The notes under the pieces were generated by a model, which had not been told where the DNA came from, did no database searches, and worked only from the letters and a program-made list of their open reading frames with translations. The position numbers and the translations under genes are program-made. Below are positions 1 to 8,737 of a DNA stretch of 64,000 nt, one piece after another. The stretch covers positions 112,179 through 176,178 of the forward strand of contig CATWQI010000004.1 in assembly GCA_958352885.1 (NCBI GenBank), written 5' to 3'. The DNA comes from an uncultured Duncaniella sp. (GTDB lineage: Bacteria > Bacteroidota > Bacteroidia > Bacteroidales > Muribaculaceae). Positions within the stretch are counted from its first letter, which is position 1, and each line of letters opens with the position of its first letter.

Positions 1-2
1 GA

Positions 3-200
3 TATGGCGATGTATTAAGTCCGAAAGAGGAACAGATAATAGTGCTTATGGTGGCAGGTTTCTCAACAAAAGAAATCAGCGTAATCACCGGTCACACCAC
101 AGCCACAATCTATGTCCGTAAAACCTCCATACGGAAGAAACTCGCAGTTCCGGAGAAAGAAGATATTGTAGGGTATCTGCTTAATCAGAATAAGGATTAA
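3..200 (+). CDS. 3' end of a LuxR-family transcriptional regulator (C-terminal HTH only; gene starts upstream of window)
   Basis: Frame-3 translation ...LSPKEEQIIVLMVAGFSTKEISVITGHTTATIYVRKTSIRKKLAVPEKEDIVGYLLNQNKD* matches the LuxR_C HTH signature (compare LS.RE.EVL.L.A.G.SNKEIA..L.IS.KTV..H). Stop TAA at 198-200. The listed minus-strand ORF 63..254 is antisense to this. Confidence 0.6.
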   Translation, partial: YGDVLSPKEEQIIVLMVAGFSTKEISVITGHTTATIYVRKTSIRKKLAVPEKEDIVGYLLNQNKD

Positions 201-321
201 GAGGCTATTAAGACCATAAAGCGATCCATTAAGACTTTTAATAGATGCAACCATTGATAATCAGTTGGTTGCATCTCTTGTGTTAAGACTTTTATATTTG
301 GAGTTAAAACGCCTTTAGGTA

Positions 322-329
322 TAATTTTG
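322..329 (+). promoter_or_regulatory. Bacteroides-type -7 promoter box TAatTTTG
   Basis: Exact TAnnTTTG match 31 nt upstream of the ATG at 360. Confidence 0.4.
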
Positions 330-359
330 CATCAGAAAATCATTAAAAACTGATACGAA

Positions 360-2669
360 ATGAAACAGATTATTTTAACCCTAATTGCTGTCTCAGCATT
401 CGTTCCCGCTTTTTGCCGGGAGATAACAGGAAAAGTTGTGGGTGAAAACGAGACACCTCTCGACTTCGTCAATGTGGTATTATATCGCGACTCAACTTAT
501 CTGACTGGCGCCGTAACCGATACTGACGGTCGGTTCACCATAAGCACCGACCTCAAAGGTAATCTTACCGCCAAAATATCATTTGTCGGTTATGATACCT
601 ATTCTTCCGAAGTACCGGCTACCGGAAATATGGGAATCATAAGACTTACTCCGTCGGCTGTCGAACTCGGAGAGGTGGTGGTGAAAGCCACGCGTCCGTC
701 TACCACAATGAAAGGTAATGCACTTGTCACAAATGTTGAGGGCAGCTCGCTTGCCGTTGCAGGCACTGCAAATGATGTTCTGGCACGAGTACCTATGATA
801 GTTGACAACGGCGGTTCACTGGAGGTATTTGGCAAAGGTACTCCTGAAATCTATATCAACGGACGCAGGGTGAACGACTTGCAGGAACTGGCACAGTTGA
901 GTTCGCAGGATATGAAAAATGTGTCGGTGATAACCAATCCCGGTGCCTCATATGCTGCCAACGTAAAATCAGTAATCATTATCCGTACTAAGCCGCCAAA
1001 AGGTGATGGGTTCAGTGGTACCATCCGAATGGACAATGGTTTTCAGCACTATTTCCGCACAGGCAACTCGGTGGATATGAAATACCGTACACACGGGCTG
1101 GAACTGTTTGCCAACTATGGCTGGTGGTATGGTGCCAATCGTGATGACCGTACCAACGATATGACTACTGTCACTCCGACAAGTCGGTACAGCCAATCAT
1201 TGCATACTTTGGGCAAGCAGACATACAATGACATGACAGGCAAAATAGGTTTCTCATATATGTTTAATGAAAAGCACAGCATCGGCGCATATTATCAGAA
1301 CAGCTGGAACCGTCATCATACCACCGGAGTCATCCCGAGTGAAGTATGGATGGATGGAAGTATTCTTGACAGATATAATTCAGATGTCGATAACAGAGCG
1401 ACAGATTTGCCGAGACACAATGCGAATCTGTATTATAATGGAGTTGTCGGTAAGTTGACAATAGATTTTAATGCTGACTATCTGTGGTATAAAAGTCGTG
1501 AGCTTTCGTTGAGCGATGAGCACAGTGAAATCGGAGAAGACCGCATTGTAAGTACAACCGCTGCCAACCGCAACCGTATGCTCGCTGAAAAATTAGTATT
1601 AAGCCATCCTCTGTGGCACGGACAAGTAAGACTCGGTGAGGAGTATACTGACACACGCGCTACCAATCTCTTCGCCGCTAATATACCGGAAGTCTCAGAT
1701 GCCGACAACAGGGTTGATGAAAGTAATATTGCCGCATTTGTGGAAATAGCCCAGCAGTTAGGTCGTTTCAATGTCGGGGTCGGATTGCGTTACGAACATG
1801 TGAAGTTTGATTACTACGAGATGGGTACTCATCGTGACGGTCAGAGTAAAATGTACAACAATCTGTTCCCTTCGCTTAATGTGGCTACACAAGTAGGTCT
1901 GGTTCGTATGGGTTTGAATTATTCCGGCAAGACTGTTCGTCCGGGTTACGGTCAACTCGATGGAGCTGTCAGTTATATCAACCGTCTGACATTTGAAAGC
2001 GGCAACCCGTATCTGAGACCGACCAAAATGCAGACAGTAGAATATATGGCGCAGTGGCGTCAGTTCTTCGCCCAACTATCTTACACATACTTCAAGGATG
2101 GAGTTTACCATATTACAGAACCCTACGGCACCGATGGAGAGGCTATCATCATCAAAACTGCGAATCTTGATAAGCGTCATTACTTTCAGGCTTTCGTGGG
2201 CGGACAATTCAAAGTTGGTGTATGGCAGCCTCGTGTAAATGTCGGCATGATGAAGCAGTGGCTGACTCTCCCGGTTAACGGCGAACAAATGAAAATGAAT
2301 ACTCCCGGCTTCCTTTTTCAGTGGCAGAATGCAGTCGGACTTCCGTTTGGTATATGGCTGAATGTGGATGCTCAGTTAATGACTTCGCAATGGGACAACA
2401 ATATGAAGCTCTCCAATGCACCATGGTATGTAAATGCCAAGATATATAAAGGACTCCTCAACGATAGACTCAGTGTGACTTTTGAAGCCAAGGATATATT
2501 CAATTCTTCTCGGAATAATGCCATTATGTATAGTGATGCTGTTCAGATTGTTCAGAAAAATTACTCTCCAGCTCGCTCTGTGATGCTGACTCTCCAATAC
2601 CGCTTCAACACTACCCGTGACCGTTACCGTGGCACCGGTGCGGGAAACACTGAAAAATCTCGGTTCTAA
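360..2669 (+). CDS. TonB-dependent-receptor-like outer-membrane beta-barrel protein (N-terminal carboxypeptidase-regulatory-like domain, plug-like segment, C-terminal barrel)
   Basis: Signal peptide MKQIILTLIAVSAFVPAF. CarbopepD_reg-like N-terminus (ITGKVVGENETPLDFVNVVLY...TDTDGRF). Plug-like region (VVVKATRPS...VTNVEGSSLAVAGTANDVLARVPMI...YINGRRV). Long C-terminal region with alternating aromatic/hydrophobic beta-strand pattern, ending ...LQYRFN. Confidence 0.7.
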   Translation: MKQIILTLIAVSAFVPAFCREITGKVVGENETPLDFVNVVLYRDSTYLTGAVTDTDGRFTISTDLKGNLTAKISFVGYDTYSSEVPATGNMGIIRLTPSAVELGEVVVKATRPSTTMKGNALVTNVEGSSLAVAGTANDVLARVPMIVDNGGSLEVFGKGTPEIYINGRRVNDLQELAQLSSQDMKNVSVITNPGASYAANVKSVIIIRTKPPKGDGFSGTIRMDNGFQHYFRTGNSVDMKYRTHGLELFANYGWWYGANRDDRTNDMTTVTPTSRYSQSLHTLGKQTYNDMTGKIGFSYMFNEKHSIGAYYQNSWNRHHTTGVIPSEVWMDGSILDRYNSDVDNRATDLPRHNANLYYNGVVGKLTIDFNADYLWYKSRELSLSDEHSEIGEDRIVSTTAANRNRMLAEKLVLSHPLWHGQVRLGEEYTDTRATNLFAANIPEVSDADNRVDESNIAAFVEIAQQLGRFNVGVGLRYEHVKFDYYEMGTHRDGQSKMYNNLFPSLNVATQVGLVRMGLNYSGKTVRPGYGQLDGAVSYINRLTFESGNPYLRPTKMQTVEYMAQWRQFFAQLSYTYFKDGVYHITEPYGTDGEAIIIKTANLDKRHYFQAFVGGQFKVGVWQPRVNVGMMKQWLTLPVNGEQMKMNTPGFLFQWQNAVGLPFGIWLNVDAQLMTSQWDNNMKLSNAPWYVNAKIYKGLLNDRLSVTFEAKDIFNSSRNNAIMYSDAVQIVQKNYSPARSVMLTLQYRFNTTRDRYRGTGAGNTEKSRF

Positions 2670-2757
2670 ATAACACGGTGTGGAAAAACGCTGTCACAAT
2701 TACAGATGTATAAATTGAATTTAGGAGCCGGGAGTTCCTTATCTCGTGAATAATGTG

Positions 2758-2765
2758 TAAATTTG
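2758..2765 (+). promoter_or_regulatory. -7 promoter box TAaaTTTG
   Basis: Exact motif. It lies 29 nt upstream of ATG 2794 but only 8 nt upstream of ATG 2773, which argues for the 2794 start. Confidence 0.4.
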
Positions 2766-2793
2766 CGACAAATTGAAAACTTGCAAATATACG

Positions 2794-4023
2794 ATGAACT
2801 CAAGCGAACTCGAACTGATACTGATTAATATATCAGGTCAGGACCATCCCGGTGTGACATCAGCTCTGTCAGAAATCCTGGCTAAATACGATGCCGGTAT
2901 CCTTGATATCGGTCAGGCCGATATACATCATACTTTGTCGCTTGGCATACTCATAAGGACAAATTCCGATGTGTCAGGCAACATTATGAAGGAACTGCTA
3001 TTCAAGGCGTCGCAACTCAATGTGGCAATCAGGTTTACCGCCGTGAGCCGCGAGGAATATGAGGAATGGGTAGGCCGTCAGGGGAAAAACCGATGGATTA
3101 TCACCTTGCTTGGACGAAGATTGACGGCTCGCCAGATTGCCAATGTGACGGCAGAGATTTCAAGCCAAGGTCTGAATATCGACGGTATACAGCGTCTTAC
3201 AGGTCGTATGCCTCTCGGTGAGGAGGAACAGCCTAAGTCAAAGTCGTGTGTGGAGTTTTCAGTGCGCGGTACCCCTAACAACATCCATGACATGCAGGCG
3301 AGGTTCATGCAATTGTCCCAAGAAGACGATTTCGACATTTCTGTGCAGGAGGATACTTTGTACCGTCGCTGCCGTCGTCTGATATGTTTCGATATGGACT
3401 CGACTCTGATAGAAACCGAGGTGATTGATGAGCTTGCGATGCGTGCCGGGGTAGGGGACAAAGTCAAGGAGATAACCGAACGTGCCATGAGAGGCGAGAT
3501 AGATTTCTGCGAGAGTTTCAAAGAGAGAGTCGCATTGCTCAAGGGCCTTGACGTGAGCGTTATGCGTGAAATCGCTGAGAACCTTCCGATTACAGAGGGG
3601 GTTGACCGTATGATGCAGGTGCTTAAGCGTGCTGGTTATAAGACTGCCATATTGTCGGGCGGATTTACATATTTCGGTAATTATCTCAAGCAGAAATTCG
3701 GATTTGATTATGTGTATGCCAACGAGCTCGAAATTGTTGACGGGAAACTGACAGGGCGTTACCTTGGTGAAATAGTTGATGGCAGGCGCAAGGCAGAATT
3801 GCTCAGGCTGATAGCCCAGGTAGAGAATGTGAATATCGCCCAGACAATCGCAGTCGGAGATGGTGCAAACGACCTCCCGATGCTTGGTACAGCCGGTCTT
3901 GGCATTGCGTTCCATGCCAAACCCAAGGTCAAGGAGACGGCTGAACAGTCAATATCGACTATCGGGCTTGACGGAGTGCTTTACTTCCTTGGCTTTAAGG
4001 ATTCGTTCATAACCGAGCGGTAG
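2794..4023 (+). CDS. serB: Phosphoserine phosphatase SerB with N-terminal ACT-type regulatory domains
   Basis: HAD motif I in LICFDMDSTLIETEVIDELA. C-terminal GDGANDLPML (HAD motif IV). N-terminal ACT-like segments (LILINISGQDHPGVTSALSEIL). Start moved from the ORF-track 2773 to 2794 on promoter spacing. Confidence 0.85.
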   Translation: MNSSELELILINISGQDHPGVTSALSEILAKYDAGILDIGQADIHHTLSLGILIRTNSDVSGNIMKELLFKASQLNVAIRFTAVSREEYEEWVGRQGKNRWIITLLGRRLTARQIANVTAEISSQGLNIDGIQRLTGRMPLGEEEQPKSKSCVEFSVRGTPNNIHDMQARFMQLSQEDDFDISVQEDTLYRRCRRLICFDMDSTLIETEVIDELAMRAGVGDKVKEITERAMRGEIDFCESFKERVALLKGLDVSVMREIAENLPITEGVDRMMQVLKRAGYKTAILSGGFTYFGNYLKQKFGFDYVYANELEIVDGKLTGRYLGEIVDGRRKAELLRLIAQVENVNIAQTIAVGDGANDLPMLGTAGLGIAFHAKPKVKETAEQSISTIGLDGVLYFLGFKDSFITER

Positions 4024-4130
4024 ACCCTCTTTTTGATACGGAGTATATTGATGTGATTCGTGCTCTTAGAGGGACATACAAATGCATATCCTCTTAATTT
4101 GTCGTTGCCGATATTGGAGATGTCAGTAAT

Positions 4131-4173
4131 ATATACAGCGTCCGCCGGTTTTGACCCGGCGGACGCTGTATAT
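4131..4173. terminator. Bidirectional intrinsic terminator hairpin between convergent serB and membrane-protein genes
   Basis: Perfect 18-bp inverted repeat atatacagcgtccgccgg / ccggcggacgctgtatat with a 7-nt loop (ttttgac), AT-flanked on both sides. Confidence 0.6.
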
Positions 4174-4208
4174 ATCTGCCACTGATGTGGCGGGCAAATA
4201 GTGTCTAC

Positions 4209-4643
4209 TTAACGGATACGGTCATAGGATTTCAGACGTTTGATATCCTTGTTGATTGCCGATACAGCCATGATTTCAAGAATGGCTGCGATGGGGAGAA
4301 GGATATCCCATACAGCGAAACGGGCTTCCATGCCTTCAGCCTCAGCTTGTTTGAACAAAGTGAAGCATACCACAGCTATACAGCATAGAGTGAGCAGCAA
4401 GCTGATTATGAGAACAGTGCGCTGCAGACCGATGTTGCTGTACATGAATATGTCGACAATGAGCAAAATCACAGTCGCAGCTGCGGGAATGAGGATGCCA
4501 TACTCCGACATGGTGTATAACTTCTGAGTGATGATAGGTTGATTGTCAAGGAAATCAACCTCACCGTAAGGCACGATGATAAAAATCGCCATTGCCACTA
4601 CTGCCAGAAAAATGTAGACAGTTTGGATACGTTGAATCTGCAT
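4209..4643 (-). CDS. Small integral membrane protein (about 4 TM helices), function unknown
   Basis: 144 aa. Four hydrophobic stretches (IFLAVVAMAIFIIV, ILIPAAATVILLIV, VLIISLLLTLCCIAVVCF, ILLPIAAILEIMAV). No recognisable catalytic motif. Confidence 0.5.
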   Translation of the reverse strand: MQIQRIQTVYIFLAVVAMAIFIIVPYGEVDFLDNQPIITQKLYTMSEYGILIPAAATVILLIVDIFMYSNIGLQRTVLIISLLLTLCCIAVVCFTLFKQAEAEGMEARFAVWDILLPIAAILEIMAVSAINKDIKRLKSYDRIR

Positions 4644-4738
4644 AAGATATTATTGTTTTTAGTTGATGAAACGGAATTTTAGTCAAAAGTAATAAAATTT
4701 TAACAATTATGGCGGTCTTTAGTTGTGGATTTTTTGAG

Positions 4739-4746
4739 TAATTTTG
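4739..4746 (+). promoter_or_regulatory. -7 promoter box TAatTTTG upstream of surE
   Basis: Exact motif 29 nt upstream of ATG 4775. Confidence 0.4.
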
Positions 4747-4774
4747 TGGTTGAACAGAAAAAAATTGCATAATT

Positions 4775-5551
4775 ATGGAAAATAACCGTCCACTGATATT
4801 GATTACGAACGATGACGGCGTTGAATCCAAGGGTATTGCGCATCTTGTTTCGGTAGCGGTCGGGATTGGCGACGTAATAGTGGTGGCACCCGAAGCGCCA
4901 CAGTCTGCCAAATCTTCTGCCCTGACTGTTAATTCACCTATGCAGGTCAAAGAATACCCTTCTATACATGGAGCGCAAGTGTTCACAGTCAACGGTACGC
5001 CGGTAGACTGCGTGAAGCTCGCCATGCATGCAGTGCTTGACAGGAAACCTGATTTGCTGCTATCCGGTATAAACCATGGGTCAAATGCTGCTGTCAACAA
5101 TATATATTCAGGCACAATGGGGGCCACAATGGAGGGGTGTGTACTTGGCATACCGTCGATAGGATACTCGATTCTGAGCCACTCTGCCGATGCCGACTTC
5201 ACCCCGCTGAGCCCATTTGTAGCTGATATCGCCACTAATGTGCTTGCCAACGGATTGCCTGACGGTATCTGCCTGAATGTCAATTTCCCTGCGCGGTGTA
5301 TGCCGAAGGGGATGAAGGTGTTGAGGGCGGCTCGGGGACACTGGACCGAGGAGTACGCCGACTATTCCACACCGCATGGCAAACCATTTTATTGGCTTAC
5401 AGGTAAATTCCATAACGAGGAGCCTGACTGTCCGGAGACTGACGAATATTGGCTGGCACGCCAATACGGTTCGATAGTGCCCATACGGCCTGACCAGACT
5501 GCCGCCGACCAGATATCAAGGATAAGCGAAATATTGAAAATAGGGGAGTGA
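4775..5551 (+). CDS. surE: 5'/3'-nucleotidase SurE
   Basis: N-terminal LILITNDDGVESKGI matches the SurE signature (ILxTNDDG). Length 258 aa is typical. Confidence 0.9.
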   Translation: MENNRPLILITNDDGVESKGIAHLVSVAVGIGDVIVVAPEAPQSAKSSALTVNSPMQVKEYPSIHGAQVFTVNGTPVDCVKLAMHAVLDRKPDLLLSGINHGSNAAVNNIYSGTMGATMEGCVLGIPSIGYSILSHSADADFTPLSPFVADIATNVLANGLPDGICLNVNFPARCMPKGMKVLRAARGHWTEEYADYSTPHGKPFYWLTGKFHNEEPDCPETDEYWLARQYGSIVPIRPDQTAADQISRISEILKIGE

Positions 5552-5573
5552 GGACTGTGTGCTGATACAGCCT

Positions 5574-6587
5574 CTAATTCTTAAGTGACGAAAAAGTGCG
5601 TCGGTCTCGGAGGTAATAGTCAAATAATATGTTTGTATTGCCTTTGAGCAGGTCGATTTTAGGATGAGAGGTATACTCTGTACGCATTTTCGCAAAATCG
5701 CGGTGAGCTCTGAAAATGGCTGCCGCGTTTTTTTTGTCACCGGACAGGACGAATTTAGCCCAGGCGATGGTGTCGAGAAGACGTCGACGGAGCAATGTGC
5801 CTTTGCGGGTGCGGTTTGGAAGGTTCTTGTGGAGCATCAGCAAGTTGTTGCGGAAGTTGAGGTAGGTCTTATGCGGGTTAGATGCCGGGAGGCTTCCTCC
5901 GCCAAGATGATATACCTCGCCTGCCGGGATTGCCCAGATTTCCTTGCCGGCCAAGAGTATGCGCCAGCAGAGGTCTATCTCTTCCATATGGGCGAAAAAT
6001 TTATTGTCAAGTCCTCCTGCCTGTATGTAAATCTGGTTTACTACCATGAGAGCGGCTCCGCTTGCCCAGGCTACCTGAATAGGAGTGTCATATTGTCCTC
6101 GGTCTGTCTCTACGGTGTCAAATATGCGTCCACGGCAGTATGGATAGCCATTCCTGTCAATGAAACCGCCGCAAGCTCCGGCATATTCAAATTTGTCCGG
6201 TTCAGCGAGCGATTTGATTTTTGGCTGGACAGCGCCTGCCTGAGGATGTGACTCCATAAAGTCATAGAGAGGTGTCAGCCAGTCATTGTCGACTTTGACA
6301 TCTGAGTTTAGCAGTACGGTATATTTGTACGAGTCGGCTATTAGGTTTATTGCCCTGTTGTATCCTTCGGCAAAACCATAGTTTTCGCCAAATTCAATTA
6401 GTTTGACCGAGGGGAACGATGTTTTGAGCATACTGACCGAAGTGTCGGTGGAGCCGTTGTCAGCCACAATCACGTCGGCTATTTTGTGGTTGGTATGTGT
6501 GATTACCGATGGGAGATATTCACGTAAGAATTTCTCGCCGTTCCAGTTGAGTATTATCACTGCCACTTGTTTTGTCTGCTCATTCAT
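5574..6587 (-). CDS. Glycosyltransferase family 2 protein
   Basis: VAVIILNWNGEKFLREYLPS...VIVADNGSTDTS is a classic GT2 N-terminus, with a DxD-type region. The ORF-track start at 6602 is a TTG, so the ATG at 6587 (MNEQTKQ...) is preferred. Confidence 0.8.
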   Translation of the reverse strand: MNEQTKQVAVIILNWNGEKFLREYLPSVITHTNHKIADVIVADNGSTDTSVSMLKTSFPSVKLIEFGENYGFAEGYNRAINLIADSYKYTVLLNSDVKVDNDWLTPLYDFMESHPQAGAVQPKIKSLAEPDKFEYAGACGGFIDRNGYPYCRGRIFDTVETDRGQYDTPIQVAWASGAALMVVNQIYIQAGGLDNKFFAHMEEIDLCWRILLAGKEIWAIPAGEVYHLGGGSLPASNPHKTYLNFRNNLLMLHKNLPNRTRKGTLLRRRLLDTIAWAKFVLSGDKKNAAAIFRAHRDFAKMRTEYTSHPKIDLLKGNTNILFDYYLRDRRTFSSLKN

Positions 6588-6643
6588 AGTTCTGAGTTGC
6601 AAAATGGTGTTTGAAAATATGGCCGGTTATAACCGGGGGATAT

Positions 6644-7951
6644 TTAATTCCGGGAGATAACCTCGCCTGTCGATTCCTCGCCTTCACCCTCGATGGATGT
6701 GATTCGTACCGGGACGATGGTGTTGGATATGCTTGGGTCCGGCGATATGTTGACTCTGAGGTAATTGTCGGTAAATCCTGCCATTGAGCCGTCATTGCGC
6801 GGATGCTCTGCCAGTACAGGGCGTATTTTGCCAACGAAACGCTCGGTGAAATCACGTAGCTTTTTCTCTGATACTCTTAACATGATGCGTGTGCGTCTGT
6901 GCTTTTCCTCTTGGCTGACGGTATACTCGATATCAAGCGCGCGAGTGCCCGGACGCTCGCTGTAAGTGAATACGTGCAGGCGTGATATGTCAAGCGACTC
7001 TACAAATTTCCTGGAATCCTCGAATCGTTCAGGTGTTTCTCCTTTGGCTCCGACTATCAGATCCACTCCGATGAAGGCATCGGGCATAACACGGCGTACA
7101 TGCTCAATCTTGCTTCTGAAGAGTGCAGTGTCGTATTTGCGGCGCATGAGTTTAAGCACCTCGTCATTGCCGCTTTGGAGCGGGATGTGAAAATGTGGCA
7201 TAAAACGCTTGGATGTCGACACGAAGTCAATCAGCTCATCGGTGAGTAGGTTAGGCTCGATAGATGAAATGCGGTAGCGCTCGATACCTTCCACCTTGTC
7301 AAGCTCCATGCACAGCCCGAGAAATGTCTCGTCGCTCCCTTTGCCGAAATCTCCGATGTTTACTCCTGTGATTACAATCTCCTTTCCCCCCTCGGCGGCT
7401 ACCGATTCGGCTTGAGCCACAATCTCCCTGATGGTTCCGGAGCGGCTGCGGCCACGCGCCATTGGGATGGTGCAGTACGAGCAATAGTAGTCGCACCCGT
7501 CCTGAACCTTCAGGAAATATCTGGTGCGATCACCACGTGAACACGATGGCGAAAATGCACGAATATCCTTTGTCGGGGTGACGTATGTCGCAGTTTCGCT
7601 AAGATATTCAGTGAGTTGCAGCTTGCGGTCAGTGCCTGCCACTACTGTTACCCCCGGCAGCTCTGCGACCTCGCCGGGTTTCAGCTGTGCGTAGCATCCT
7701 GTAACTATGATTTTGGCATTGGGATATCGTCTGGCGAAGGACCGGATTGCCTGCCTGCATTTTTTGTCGGCAAATTCAGTGACACTGCAAGTATTCACCA
7801 CTATATAATCAGGGGTGTCACCTTCGTGCACACGCTGTATGCCGCAGGAAGCGAAAAGTTGCGCCACGGTCGATGTCTCGGCAAAGTTGAGTTTGCAGCC
7901 GAATGTGTGGAACAATGCCGTGCGGTTGCCGAATGTTTCTTTGTCTATCAA
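6644..7951 (-). CDS. mtaB: MiaB-family radical-SAM tRNA methylthiotransferase, MtaB-like
   Basis: N-terminal MTTase domain with FGCKLNFAETST. Radical SAM CDYYCSYCTIP (CxxxCxxC). C-terminal TRAM-like region. The start codon is TTG, because an in-frame stop lies immediately upstream and there is no ATG. Confidence 0.75.
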   Translation of the reverse strand: MIDKETFGNRTALFHTFGCKLNFAETSTVAQLFASCGIQRVHEGDTPDYIVVNTCSVTEFADKKCRQAIRSFARRYPNAKIIVTGCYAQLKPGEVAELPGVTVVAGTDRKLQLTEYLSETATYVTPTKDIRAFSPSCSRGDRTRYFLKVQDGCDYYCSYCTIPMARGRSRSGTIREIVAQAESVAAEGGKEIVITGVNIGDFGKGSDETFLGLCMELDKVEGIERYRISSIEPNLLTDELIDFVSTSKRFMPHFHIPLQSGNDEVLKLMRRKYDTALFRSKIEHVRRVMPDAFIGVDLIVGAKGETPERFEDSRKFVESLDISRLHVFTYSERPGTRALDIEYTVSQEEKHRRTRIMLRVSEKKLRDFTERFVGKIRPVLAEHPRNDGSMAGFTDNYLRVNISPDPSISNTIVPVRITSIEGEGEESTGEVISRN

Positions 7952-7963
7952 TTCTGTGCGGGG

Positions 7964-8434
7964 TTAGTCTATGTTCTCTGCGAGTATGGGGATTGGACGC
8001 TTGAACTCCTCTTTAAATGAGATGAGTGATTCGGTGCGACCAAGCTCCGTGCGGAGTTTCTTGTGGATTATCTCGAGAAGATGGGCATTGTTTCTGGCAA
8101 AAATCTTTGCGAAAATATCGTATGTTCCTGTAGTAAAGTGGCATTCCACCACTTCAGGTATCTCCTTAAGTCTGTTGACCACCTCGTCGAATTTGGTCGA
8201 GTCATTAAGAATGAATCCGATGTATGCACATGTCTCGTATCCGACAGCCGAAGGTGATATGATGGTCTCAAAGCCCTTGATGATACCGGAGGCTGTGAGT
8301 TTCTGGATGCGCTGATGTATTGCCGCGCCGGAGACATTGGTCTCACGTGCTATTTCGAGGAAAGGTTTTCGGGCATTGTGGGATAACATCTCAAGGATTC
8401 TGAAGTCCAGAGAGTCAAAATGTTGACGTGACAT
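7964..8434 (-). CDS. Lrp/AsnC-family transcriptional regulator
   Basis: LDFRILEMLSHNARKPFLEIARETNVSGAAIHQRIQKL is an AsnC-type HTH. C-terminal RAM domain. 156 aa. Confidence 0.85.
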   Translation of the reverse strand: MSRQHFDSLDFRILEMLSHNARKPFLEIARETNVSGAAIHQRIQKLTASGIIKGFETIISPSAVGYETCAYIGFILNDSTKFDEVVNRLKEIPEVVECHFTTGTYDIFAKIFARNNAHLLEIIHKKLRTELGRTESLISFKEEFKRPIPILAENID

Positions 8435-8550
8435 TATATTGAGTTGATTGGTATGGTTTTATTAGAGGATATCTTATCTTTTAGAGTGCAAAATTAGTAA
8501 AAACTATCCAAATTCTCACATTTTTGAGCCGTATAATTACAAATTTTCAG

Positions 8551-8580
8551 TTGGAAGAGTGGATTGGAAGAGTGGATTGG
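8551..8580. repeat. Tandem direct repeat (ttggaagagtgga x2 plus partial) in the asnC-lptD divergent intergenic region
   Basis: Read ttggaagagtgga ttggaagagtgga ttgg directly. It is followed by a G/T-rich tract and explains the W/G-rich spurious ORF 8524..8736. Confidence 0.5.
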
Positions 8581-8667
8581 TCGAGGTGGGGTATGTGTTG
8601 GTGGTTGTGCCGGATTGATTTAACATTTAACAATAATAAACTTGTTGGTCAATTGAGGATAAAGTTA

Positions 8668-8675
8668 TATCTTTG
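8668..8675 (+). promoter_or_regulatory. -7 promoter box TAtcTTTG upstream of lptD
   Basis: Exact motif 63 nt upstream of ATG 8738. Confidence 0.4.
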
Positions 8676-8737
8676 CATCGATTTTTTTGTCACACTGATT
8701 AATGGACTGCTTGAAGTCCGATTGACATTGAACTGAA

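Noticed and set aside
63-254. Minus-strand 63-aa ORF at the window start
   Set aside because: It is antisense to a clear LuxR-family HTH C-terminus encoded on the plus strand (3..200).
2773-2793. Upstream ATG extensions of serB (2773), the PurF-like gene (34926), the exonuclease (40022), coaBC (40780), the GT2 gene (6602, TTG) and the PEP-binding protein (30223, TTG)
   Set aside because: Promoter boxes fall inside or immediately next to these extensions, or the upstream gene's stop and overlap geometry favours the downstream ATG. The N-termini from the downstream starts match family-typical beginnings.
3259-3915. Minus-strand 218-aa ORF inside serB, and similar long antisense ORFs inside the GT2 gene (5664..6251), the mtaB gene (7616..8020), purF-like (35667..36068), recN (43406..43933) and the membrane protein gene (51214..51627)
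   Set aside because: Each is antisense to a gene with strong family-level motifs. None has recognisable motifs of its own.
8524-8736. Plus-strand 70-aa W/G-rich ORF upstream of lptD
   Set aside because: Its composition is produced by the tandem repeat and G/T-rich tract. It overlaps the lptD promoter box, and its start is probably a non-ATG codon.
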